A stretch of DNA of 64,000 nucleotides from an uncultured Planctomycetota bacterium (GTDB lineage: Bacteria; Planctomycetota; Planctomycetia; Isosphaerales; Isosphaeraceae). The stretch spans positions 32,001 through 96,000 of the forward strand of contig CAWJTV010000018.1 of assembly GCA_963845755.1 (NCBI GenBank), in the 5' to 3' direction. Of the stretch, positions 54,947 to 63,233 are shown in pieces. Position numbers and translations under genes: made by a program. The notes below the pieces were generated by a model. It did no database searches and was not told the DNA's origin. It saw nothing but the letters and a program-made list of their open reading frames with translations. Position 1 is the stretch's first letter. Each line of letters opens with the position of its first letter.

Positions 54947-54975
54947 CTCTGAACCGGGGCGCCATCGAGGGTCGC

Positions 54976-55032
54976 GCCTAGCCTTGCGATGCAGCGGACC
55001 CGCTTTGCGGGCCGCTGAGCTTTGTGTGAGGT
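54976..55032 (+). repeat. attC site (57 bp), both cores degenerate
   Basis: GCCTAGC, conserved stem, GTGAGGT. Confidence 0.8.
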
Positions 55033-55038
55033 GGCGTA

Positions 55039-55386
55039 GTGAGAGCGTCCACGCGACAACGTGACCATGGACTCCCGCTCGTCCTTCGTTGGTCGCGGGA
55101 CGTCCTGGGAGCGTTCGTCACTCTGGTAGCCCTCGTGTTCACGACCCGGAACTGGGGGACGCCAGCGGCGGCAGTCAACTGCGCCCTCGCTGTCGCCGGG
55201 GCCGTCGGGCTCCGGCTGCGATCGTGGCCGGTCCTCGCAGCCTTGTCTGGTGCGTATCTCGGCGCCATCGCGGGGACCTCCATGGGGGACTCGGCGGTAA
55301 ACGCGCCGGTTCATGGTCTGTTGCTCGCCATCTGCGGGACGGTTGTGGGATATGGCTTTCAAATGATGGAGCGGGGACCGGCCTAA
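55039..55386 (+). CDS. Cassette gene: small membrane protein
   Basis: Four hydrophobic segments; stop in R''. Confidence 0.6.
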   Translation: MRASTRQRDHGLPLVLRWSRDVLGAFVTLVALVFTTRNWGTPAAAVNCALAVAGAVGLRLRSWPVLAALSGAYLGAIAGTSMGDSAVNAPVHGLLLAICGTVVGYGFQMMERGPA

Positions 55387-55439
55387 CGAAGCATGGCAGC
55401 AGCCCCACTGCGCGGGGCCGCTGATCCTGGGCGTTAGGC
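55381..55439 (+). repeat. attC site (59 bp)
   Basis: GCCTAAC...GTTAGGC. Confidence 0.88.
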
Positions 55440-55461
55440 GGCGGAAGGGGAGGGTTTGGGG

Positions 55462-56100
55462 ATGCGTTCGTTCTGGGGCGAGTTCGTTCGCGCGCGTGCC
55501 TTCTGGGTGAGCTACGTCAGCGCGGGGGTGGATTTCGTCGGTTGCGGCAGCCTCCAGGCTGACCAACGGCTGCTCTGGGAGGAGCCGACGTGCGGGGCGA
55601 CGCTGATGTTCCGCTTCCCCGACTCCCACCGGCTGCGCCTGGATGTTGCGGCGGGGGAGCATAAGCTGCAACTGCTGCACCCCGACTACGACGAGCCGCA
55701 ACTTGTTGGCACGATGGACTGTCACCAGATGAGCGATCTCTTCCGGTGGGACGAGTTCCGGGCGGTCACCCGGCACCTGGCCACGACTTCCGGCCCGACG
55801 TCGGCGCACGAACTGTTGCTGAGTTTCTACGTCGCCGTCACCGAGGATTGTGCGGATGAGCATGCGGTGGTGCTGCGGCGGACCCTGGAAGCGTCGGAGG
55901 TATTTGCCGTCCCGGAAATCGAGCATATCTTGGCCTATACGCGTCGGGTTGCGGTGCGTCGGGATTTCCGATGGGTCCACACCCCGGGGTTGGGGTGGCT
56001 GGCAGAGGGCCGCGACACCTACTGCATGCGGCACACGCGGGGTGAGCTCGACTTCGATCGGTTCAGCCGGTTCCTGGGAGCGCTGGCCAGCGACGCGTGA
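55462..56100 (+). CDS. Cassette gene: hypothetical protein
   Basis: GGGAGG RBS; fills the cassette; stop in R''. Confidence 0.7.
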   Translation: MRSFWGEFVRARAFWVSYVSAGVDFVGCGSLQADQRLLWEEPTCGATLMFRFPDSHRLRLDVAAGEHKLQLLHPDYDEPQLVGTMDCHQMSDLFRWDEFRAVTRHLATTSGPTSAHELLLSFYVAVTEDCADEHAVVLRRTLEASEVFAVPEIEHILAYTRRVAVRRDFRWVHTPGLGWLAEGRDTYCMRHTRGELDFDRFSRFLGALASDA

Positions 56101-56194
56101 CCTGCGCTGCAACGGAACCGGACCGCGGCTGCGGCTTTCTGGTAGAATCGAGGCAGATGCTCGGCGGGCCGGGCTGTTGAGCTTGTTGTTACGC
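56095..56194 (+). repeat. Long-type attC (100 bp), degenerate
   Basis: GCGTGAC..TGCAACGG..CCGGACCGC...GCGGGCCGG.CTGTTGA..GTTACGC. Confidence 0.65.
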
Positions 56195-56256
56195 GGCGGC
56201 CAATCTACCGACAGTGGTGATGTCGCGGGGGACCACGCCTGCAGTCGGGGGCTACT

Positions 56257-56604
56257 ATGCAAGAATTCGGGCCCTACTTCCTTCTTGCCTCAATGCTCGG
56301 TTCGCTCCTCGCTCCTCTCCTCATCGGAATCTTACCGAGGGAGGCAGCCAGGCGTGTGGTGGTATGGGCTCTCCGCATCTTGGTCCCGACCTTCCTCGTA
56401 AGTTTCATCTCGCTCGCGGCACAAGGGGATCGAGGCTTCCTCAGCAACTCGCAATCCGTGCTAACGGGCTCCGTCTTCTTGATCCTGTCCGTAGGCCTCG
56501 GCTACTTCGTATCATGGCTGCGTCACACATTGTCGAGCCGAGGTATTCAAGGCTCCCGGGGTGGGAAAATCAAGGCGGGACTATTGGACGATGAATTGGC
56601 CTGA
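56257..56604 (+). CDS. Cassette gene: small membrane protein
   Basis: Three transmembrane segments; stop in GCCTGAC. Confidence 0.65.
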   Translation: MQEFGPYFLLASMLGSLLAPLLIGILPREAARRVVVWALRILVPTFLVSFISLAAQGDRGFLSNSQSVLTGSVFLILSVGLGYFVSWLRHTLSSRGIQGSRGGKIKAGLLDDELA

Positions 56605-56645
56605 CCTGCGGTTGCAGCGGGCCGCTGCAACCTTCACGATTGGAG
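56599..56645 (+). repeat. Collapsed attC remnant
   Basis: GCCTGAC followed by the perfect palindrome GGTTGCAGCGG-G-CCGCTGCAACC; no GTT core. Confidence 0.55.
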
Positions 56646-56654
56646 GCTCTCTCG

Positions 56655-56918
56655 ATGGTCCGTCAACTCTTCACTGTCGAGGATGTCTTCACGATCCGTC
56701 AGCGTGGCACCATCCTCGTGCCGGGAATCGTGCCCGAGGGCGATGAGTGGTTCCATATCGGCGACGGCTTGTGCCTGCGCCGCCCCGATGGGTCGGAAGT
56801 TCGGACGGCGATCGATGGCATCGACTTCTTCAACGTCAGCGAGCACGGTGCTTACGCGATCGTGGTGCCCTTACCTGCATCCGATGTGCCACTTGGCATC
56901 GAGGTCTGGTCGGCATAG
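56655..56918 (+). CDS. Cassette gene: stand-alone EF-Tu domain II-like beta-barrel
   Basis: FTVEDVFTIRQRGTILV.G......IGD.L......RTAIDGIDFF parallels EF-Tu IEDVFSI.GRGTV..G..VG...T.VTG.EMF. GGAGG RBS. Confidence 0.65.
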   Translation: MVRQLFTVEDVFTIRQRGTILVPGIVPEGDEWFHIGDGLCLRRPDGSEVRTAIDGIDFFNVSEHGAYAIVVPLPASDVPLGIEVWSA

Positions 56919-56924
56919 GCTGGA

Positions 56925-56985
56925 GCCCAACAATTGGTTGCAGCCGACGCGCCTGTCGGCGGGCCGCTGAACCTTCGCGTTAGGC
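56925..56985 (+). repeat. attC site (61 bp)
   Basis: GCCCAAC...GTTAGGC. Confidence 0.88.
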
Positions 56986-57036
56986 GGTGGGAGTCTTGGA
57001 GCATCCTTGAGGCGCTGGTGTCGATCGAGGGGTCAT

Positions 57037-57579
57037 ATGCCTTCATCCGTCCGCGGCCTGCTGGGGGCTGTCCCCGTCGTGATGATCGGTTGCCTCGCCA
57101 TCCGGGGCGCTGCTCTGCCGGCTCCCTGGGTCATCACGACCGCGGCGTTCTTGTTCGGCCTCCCCGCATTACTCAGTCCCTCGGCTCGGCCCGAGTGGCG
57201 ATCCGCCTTGATTGCGTTCGCCTGGGCCGGCTCGCTTTACCTCGTGCTGTGCTTCGGCCCCGGCCTCGACCTGTGCGAACTCGAGTACCTCCCCTCCACG
57301 GCGGCACTCAATCGCCTCTTCCCGGTGATATTCACAGAAGGCTATCTCCAAGACCTGGCGGTCGAGCGTGAAGGCTGCACTTGCGACCGATGTGTCACTG
57401 ATGTCCGGGACGGCCTCCGTAGCGGATTTCTCCAGGCAGGCCACATCGTCACCGCGTTGCTCGCGGCGGCACTCTCTGGGCTGGCAGCTTGGGCGCTGTC
57501 ATCGTATCGTGGGGTGGGCGTACGAAAAGAGGCCCGGCCTAACCCACGGTTGCAGCGGACCCCTGCCGCGGGCCGCTGA
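57037..57579 (+). CDS. Cassette gene: membrane protein with CxCxxC (reads through attC)
   Basis: Four hydrophobic segments and GCTCDRC. Confidence 0.6.
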   Translation: MPSSVRGLLGAVPVVMIGCLAIRGAALPAPWVITTAAFLFGLPALLSPSARPEWRSALIAFAWAGSLYLVLCFGPGLDLCELEYLPSTAALNRLFPVIFTEGYLQDLAVEREGCTCDRCVTDVRDGLRSGFLQAGHIVTALLAAALSGLAAWALSSYRGVGVRKEARPNPRLQRTPAAGR

Positions 57580-57594
57580 CCTCGAGCATTAGGC
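57537..57594 (+). repeat. Last clear attC (58 bp), R' mutated to ATTAGGC
   Basis: GCCTAAC plus the conserved stem. Confidence 0.82.
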
Positions 57595-57747
57595 CGACCG
57601 TCGCTGGGCCGTGGTGTTGCGTCCGCCTGACGCCACCGTTACGCTGGGGCCGCGTGAGTCGGTGGGCGACGGCGGCCTAACCATCGGGCCAGGCCCAATA
57701 CCTTTGAATTAGCGTTAAGACTAAGAAAAGTCGAGATTTGCAAATAT

Positions 57748-57879
57748 CTTGTTCCCACGCTCACGCGCGGGAACACGCTTCCTGGACGCTCTGTGTCCCC
57801 GCGGTTTCCTTGCCGCCCCGATGCGAAACCGGCGTGGAGCGTCGAGACGGACAATCCCACGCAGGAGCGTGGGAACGAG
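57748..57879. repeat. REP doublet / miniature inverted-repeat element
   Basis: CTTGTTCCCACGCTC...GAGCGTGGGAACGAG terminal inverted repeats, each with an internal palindrome. Confidence 0.75.
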
Positions 57880-57927
57880 AAGTAAGTCCTCGTCTGCCTT
57901 CAATTTACCACTAATTCAACGCTATTG

Positions 57928-58012
57928 CCCCTAACCCCACCTTCGCAAGGGGGAAACTATGGCGGGATGGCTCGGTCCCTTTCCCCCCATTGCGAAGGGG
58001 GTAGGGGGGGCT
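57928..58012. repeat. REP-like doublet (CCCC..TTCGCAAGGGGG / CCCCCC.TTGCGAAGGGGG)
   Basis: Two inverted C-run/G-run hairpins. Confidence 0.6.
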
Positions 58013-58170
58013 TCGGTCGAGGACTCCGAGAGTGTGCAAGCCAGCCGCTAAGCGTTCTCGAACGACCAACTCGCAACTCTCGTTGTGAGCGAATTCCATA
58101 GCTCGGACTATCACTTCGCCCCTGGTGGTTCCATCCTCGTGTTTGGGCCAGAAAGCGATGTCGGAGTTCC

Positions 58171-59603
58171 ATGAAAAAGGTCCGCGAAGCACTTCCTGTC
58201 GACTTGCGACGGCCCTCTGTCGAAAAACCCTATACCTTTGCGTCGCGCCCTTCGCGGTCTGAACTGATCGCGCGCGGAGAGGCCATGCGGAAACAATGCC
58301 CGCGCAACTCCCACGCCGTCTGGAGTGCGCCGGATGACCGACCGGACCCGGTCCGGCTGGTTGAAGAAGGCAACAGCGGGCGAATTGCTGAACTGATCCC
58401 CCTGCGCCACGGCCGCATGCTGCCGTCGCCGTTCACCTTCTATCGCGGGACGGCGCTCAACATGGCGGTGGACCTGGCCGGCACACCCACCACGGGCTTT
58501 CGCGTGCAGGCTTGCGGCGATGCGCACCTGGGCAACTTCCGCTGCTTTGCCACGCCCGAGCGGCGGGTCATCTTCGACATTCACGACCTGGATGAAACGA
58601 TTCCGGCGCCATGGGAGTGGGACATCAAACGCCTGGCCGCCAGCTTTGTCCTCGCATGCCGCACGAACGGCTTCAGCGACACGCTCGCCCGTGATGCCGT
58701 GCTGACCTGCGTCCGCTCGTACCGCGAAGCCATGGCCCTGTTCAGCACGATGCGGGCCCTGGACGTGTGGTATGCCCGATTTGACGCCAAGAAGCTCGTC
58801 GCGGACATCGATGACGCCGACATCCGCGCCGGACTCGAAAGCTCCTGACCAAGGCGAAGAAGGTCTGCATCGTTGAGCACGTTTTCCCCAAGATCGCCGA
58901 CAAATCGGGAGAGACCCCGACAATCAAAGACAACCCGCCGTTCATCTACCACCACCTGGAGCGCGGGGAGGAGGAATTCTACGCTTCGATCGAGGAAGTC
59001 TTTGCTTTCTACCGCGAATCGTTGCCGGACGATCGGCGTGTCCTCCTGGACCGATATGTCCTCAAGGACAAGGCCATCAAGGTCGTGGGGGTCGGCAGCG
59101 TCGGCACGGTTTGCAGCGTCGCTCTCCTGATGGCGGGTGACAAGGACCCCCTCTTCCTCCAGCTCAAGGAAGCGCGCCCTCGGTCCTGGAGGCCTATGCG
59201 GGACCGAGCGTTTATCCCAACCACGGGCAACGGGTCGTGACGGGGCACCGTCTCATGCAATCGGCGAGCGACATCTTCCTCGGTTGGACGCAGGACAGCA
59301 GCGGCCGGCATTTCTACGTCCGGCAGTTGCGGGACATGAAGCTCAAGTTCCCCGTCGAACACTTCAAGTCGGCCAAGATGGTCATCTTCGCCGAATGGTG
59401 TGGGGGCACGCTGTGCGTGCGCCCACGCCCGTTCCGGTGAACCCGCCTTGATCAGCGGCTATCTCGGCAAAGCCGACACGTTTGATCAAGCGATCACCGC
59501 CTTTGCAGTGACTTATGCCGACCAGGTCGAGCGCGATTACGAAAGCTTCACGAAGGCGGTTCGCGAGGGGAGAATCGAAGCCCGATTGGATGACGTCGTC
59601 TGA
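58171..59603 (+). CDS. DUF2252 family protein, several frameshifts
   Basis: LIPLRHGRM..SPFTFYRG, CGDAHLGNF, FDIHDLDE, KVVGVGSVGT, LFLQLKEA, FYVRQLRDMK, YADQ.ERDY. Confidence 0.88.
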
Positions 59604-60018
59604 TTCGTGCCGGCCGATGCTCAACGACCCTAATCCCGCGCGGACTTCGGGTCAACGGTGCCGAAAAGGGCGAAGAATGGCAAGCTTGGGGTCAGGCCGC
59701 ACCTGGAGCCTCTGGAGGCAGTCCCGAAGGTCCTGAGATGCGGGGAGGAGGCTTGTCAGAGACCCTCGGGCTTGTTATGTAACAGGATCAGACTTCTCGA
59801 TGTTGAGCACGGAAAGGACCAAGCGTGACGACAAACCGCGCCGCCGAACCAGGGTCACGCGCCGATGCGGGCGACACGCCGTCGCCCAGTACGCCGTTAC
59901 ACACGCGGGCCTTCCGTTTTCTAAAAAAGATTTTCATAATATCCGATACCAAAAATCTCTGTGCACTCGCATACTACCAGTGCGTTCAACAACGAGTACC
60001 AGGGGCTCGAGGGATTGA

Positions 60019-61002
60019 TTGGCATCCCGGAGGACCCGAAAGCGGCGCGAGACGGCCAATGCCATCAGGAAGAAGGCCGAGGTGTGTTCCCGCTCCCTCA
60101 CGATCGGGGACGCGATCCTGTTCGAAAGGATGTTGATCCGGCTGCTACCGGAGGCGTACCTCCGGCGCAAGGCGTCGGGCCTGCGCGAGCGGTTTCGCCG
60201 GCTCATCGAGCCCGAGGAGTATCAGTTCTACCTGGAGAGCGGCCCACCCGACCCCCTCCAGGGGGACCTGGCTCAGCTCCGGACCGACGTTGACGAAGTC
60301 CTCAATAGGATTAATTATATTTATGTCATTTCTCCATTTAAAGAGGAGATGCGCACCCGGATCTCGTCCCGAATCTCCGGCCTTCTCCTGCTGTTCCTGT
60401 CATCCGTCGGGATCTTCATCTTCTATCGGACTTCGGATCCCAGCACCAGGCTGATCCCCGCCCTGGTTCCCGTCGTGATCGCCGGGGCGATCGGGGGGTT
60501 CGTGAGCGTCCAGCAGCGAATCCAGACGGCGCCCACGGGTGGGGACGCGATCCGCGGGGTCCTCTCGCTCTACGACGGCTGGTTCAGCGTCTACCTCTCC
60601 CCGCTCACGGGGTCGATCTCCGCAACGATCCTCTACTTCTTATTCGTCGGTGAATTCCTGAAAGGGAGTATGTTCCCCGAGATCAACGACCCGGCGGTTG
60701 CAGGCAGGGCGATCGACTTTCAAGCCTTCTTTTCGACCATCGGGCCGAAGAACGGCGTCGAATATGCGAAGCTCATCGTCTGGGCGTTCGTCGCGGGATT
60801 TGCCGAGCGTCTCGTCCCCGACACGTTGAATCGCCTCGTCGAATCGGTCGAGAGCGGCTCGAAGTCGAAGCCGGTGGCGGTGGTCGAGGCGAAGGGTAAA
60901 GCCCCTACAGGCCAGGCCGAGAACGCCGGTCTGCCGAAGAAGGGCAAACCGGAGGTCGTGGGCAACTCGGAGGCTGGAGCCACGGTCACCAAGCCGGTCT
61001 GA
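60019..61002 (+). CDS. Hypothetical membrane protein; true start probably upstream (frameshifted)
   Basis: AGAIGGFVSVQQRI, LSPLTG, WAFVAGFAERLVPDTL. Confidence 0.7.
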   Translation: MASRRTRKRRETANAIRKKAEVCSRSLTIGDAILFERMLIRLLPEAYLRRKASGLRERFRRLIEPEEYQFYLESGPPDPLQGDLAQLRTDVDEVLNRINYIYVISPFKEEMRTRISSRISGLLLLFLSSVGIFIFYRTSDPSTRLIPALVPVVIAGAIGGFVSVQQRIQTAPTGGDAIRGVLSLYDGWFSVYLSPLTGSISATILYFLFVGEFLKGSMFPEINDPAVAGRAIDFQAFFSTIGPKNGVEYAKLIVWAFVAGFAERLVPDTLNRLVESVESGSKSKPVAVVEAKGKAPTGQAENAGLPKKGKPEVVGNSEAGATVTKPV

Positions 61003-61034
61003 GAGTCGGTCCCTGAAGCCTCAATTGCCGTCTC

Positions 61035-61100
61035 GTAGGGTGCACTGTGAGCACCGAATTCGGCAAAGTCCGCCGGATCGGTGCTCACAGAGCACCCTAC
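61035..61100. repeat. GTAG-family REP pair
   Basis: GTAGGGTGCACTGTGAGCACC...GGTGCTCACAGAGCACCCTAC. Confidence 0.8.
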
Positions 61101-61377
61101 AAAGACCTTCCGAGACAGTCACTGAGTTATCACGTCCGATGAACTCTCGACTGGCCATGCTGGCGCGGCCTTTGCAGGTGACCCGAAATAGGGGACGGGG
61201 GGCCCGGCCATACCTCGAGGACAAGCGACCTCTTCCCTTCATTGCCGCTTCCTACCAGAATACCGGTAGGGCGGTATTCCGCGTGTCGAGGCATCGCGCG
61301 GGGCGAGATGGGGTCGCCCGTCTCGACGTGAGACGATGCTGATGCCGGCCTGGGGGTGGTTGCTGATGGTCGAAACT

Positions 61378-62391
61378 ATGATACCGGCCACCGTCATCGG
61401 GAGCTGGTCGTTACCGGGCTGGTTCGAGAAGTTCATCGAGGACGTCAAGGCGGAGCCGGACCGCTTCGGGCCGTCGGATCGCGAGGAGGCCGTGCGCGAC
61501 GCGGTCCGCCTGGCCGTCGACGACCAGCTTCGTGCCGGGCTCGGCCGGATCACCGACGGCGAGATCCAGCGCGTCGACTTCAACCTGGGCTTTTACGAGT
61601 ATCTCGGCGGCCTCGAGCCAATTCCGAACGCGCGGCGATGGGGCGCGCCGGCGCACGATCAGCGCGATCGCTATCGATGCGTCGCGCCGCTCTCCGCGCC
61701 CGGCGGCCTGGGCATCGTGGCGGAGTATTGCCGGCTCCGGGAGATTACCTCGGCACCGGTCAAGATGCCCGTCCCCGGGCCGTTCACCCTGGCGGGCTGC
61801 ATCGACGGCGGCGCGGTTTACGCCGATCGCGACGCGGTGACCGCCGCGCTGATCCCGATCGTCAATGCCGAGCTCCGGTCGCTCGTCATCGCCGGCGCGG
61901 ACTTCATCCAGCTCGATGAACCCAGTTTCGCCTGCCATCCCCACGCCGCCGGGGAATTCCTCGACACGATCGCCCGCACAGTCGAGGGCGTGGTCTCTTA
62001 CATCAGTATGCACATGTGCTTCGGCAACTACCGGGCGCGCGCCGTCGGGCACCGGTCGTACCGGCCGCTGTTCCCCCACCTCGGACGGGTGCCGGTCGAT
62101 CAACTCGCACTCGAGTTCGCCAGCCGGGAGATGGCCGAGATCGAGCTGCTCGCCGAGCTGCCCGAGACGCTCGACGTCGCCGTGGGGCTGGTCGACGTGA
62201 AGAACACGTGGATCGAGCCCGCGGAGCTGGTCGCCGATCGGCTGCGTACCGTGTTGAAGTATGTTGCTCCGTCGCGGGTCTCGGTCACCCCCGACTGCGG
62301 ATTCTCCCAGACCGCGCGGCACGTCGCCGTCGCCAAGGCCAGGGCGATGGTCGAAGGCGTGAACCTGGTGCGGAACGAGCTGAAGTCATGA
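61378..62391 (+). CDS. Cobalamin-independent methionine synthase II (MetE C-terminal-like) family protein
   Basis: VIGSWSLP, ITDGE, PGPFTL, IQLDEP, HMCFGN, LEFA, PDCG. Confidence 0.85.
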   Translation: MIPATVIGSWSLPGWFEKFIEDVKAEPDRFGPSDREEAVRDAVRLAVDDQLRAGLGRITDGEIQRVDFNLGFYEYLGGLEPIPNARRWGAPAHDQRDRYRCVAPLSAPGGLGIVAEYCRLREITSAPVKMPVPGPFTLAGCIDGGAVYADRDAVTAALIPIVNAELRSLVIAGADFIQLDEPSFACHPHAAGEFLDTIARTVEGVVSYISMHMCFGNYRARAVGHRSYRPLFPHLGRVPVDQLALEFASREMAEIELLAELPETLDVAVGLVDVKNTWIEPAELVADRLRTVLKYVAPSRVSVTPDCGFSQTARHVAVAKARAMVEGVNLVRNELKS

Positions 62392-63233
62392 TCGAGCCGG
62401 TCCGTCGCGGTGCCGAACTGGTCGAGGAGATCGCGGGGACGATCCCCGCTCCGGGGACGCTCAGCGTCTGGTGGCTGGGTCAGAGCGGGTACGTGATCAG
62501 GTCGTGCGAGGGGTTGCTCGCCATCGACCTCTACCTGTCGGAGCACCTGACGAAGAAATACGCGGCCACGAATCGCCCCCATGTCCGGATGACCCGGGCA
62601 CCTCTGGGCGGCGGCGACCTGCGCCAGGTCGACCTGGTCCTGGCCAGTCACAAGCATTCCGATCACCTTGATCCGGGGACTTTGCCGGACCTCATGACGG
62701 TCACGCCGGGCGCGATTCTCGCCCTGCCGGAGGCGATCCGGGATCACGCCATCGGCCTGGGACTGCCTTCCGAGCGAATCGTCGGCCTGGACGCCGGGGG
62801 CGACTTGGAGCGCGCCGGGTTCCGGGTCCGCGCGATCCCCTCGGCGCACGAGGGACTCGACACCGACGAGTCCGGGCGTCATCTTTACCTGGGATACGCG
62901 ATCGAATCCGAAGGATTGAGGCTGTATCACAGCGGAGACAGCCTGGCTTACGAGGGACTGACCGGCCGGCTCGGCCCCGATCGATTCGACGTCCTGTTCT
63001 TGCCGATCAACGGGCGGGACCCGGTGCGCGGGGTCCCCGGCAACATGTCGGCGGCCGAGGCGGTCAACCTGGCCGTCCGGGTCCGTCCTCGCTTCGTCGT
63101 GCCCCATCATTATGACATGTTTACATTCAACACGATCCCCGTCGAGGCGTTCGCGGAGGAGGCCCGCCGGCTCCCGGCCGGGGTCCAGCCGCGGATCCTC
63201 CGTTGCGGGGAGCGTTGGGAGGTCGCGCCGTGA
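62388..63233 (+). CDS. MBL-fold metallo-hydrolase (UlaG-like)
   Basis: WWLGQSG, SHKHSDHLD, HSGD, LPING, PHHYDMF. Confidence 0.88.
   Translation: MIEPVRRGAELVEEIAGTIPAPGTLSVWWLGQSGYVIRSCEGLLAIDLYLSEHLTKKYAATNRPHVRMTRAPLGGGDLRQVDLVLASHKHSDHLDPGTLPDLMTVTPGAILALPEAIRDHAIGLGLPSERIVGLDAGGDLERAGFRVRAIPSAHEGLDTDESGRHLYLGYAIESEGLRLYHSGDSLAYEGLTGRLGPDRFDVLFLPINGRDPVRGVPGNMSAAEAVNLAVRVRPRFVVPHHYDMFTFNTIPVEAFAEEARRLPAGVQPRILRCGERWEVAP

Larger units (their letters stand above)
43908..57594 (+). mobile_element. Integron (truncated intI, attI, about 20 gene cassettes)
   Basis: Repeated RYYYAAC...GTTRRRY palindromic sites follow short same-strand ORFs. The R'' of most cassettes complements the R' that opens the same cassette. 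Confidence 0.93.

Noticed and set aside
44892..57594. Regularly recurring palindromic repeats read as a CRISPR array
   Set aside because: Spacers are gene-sized ORFs, the repeats carry attC cores, and there are no cas genes.
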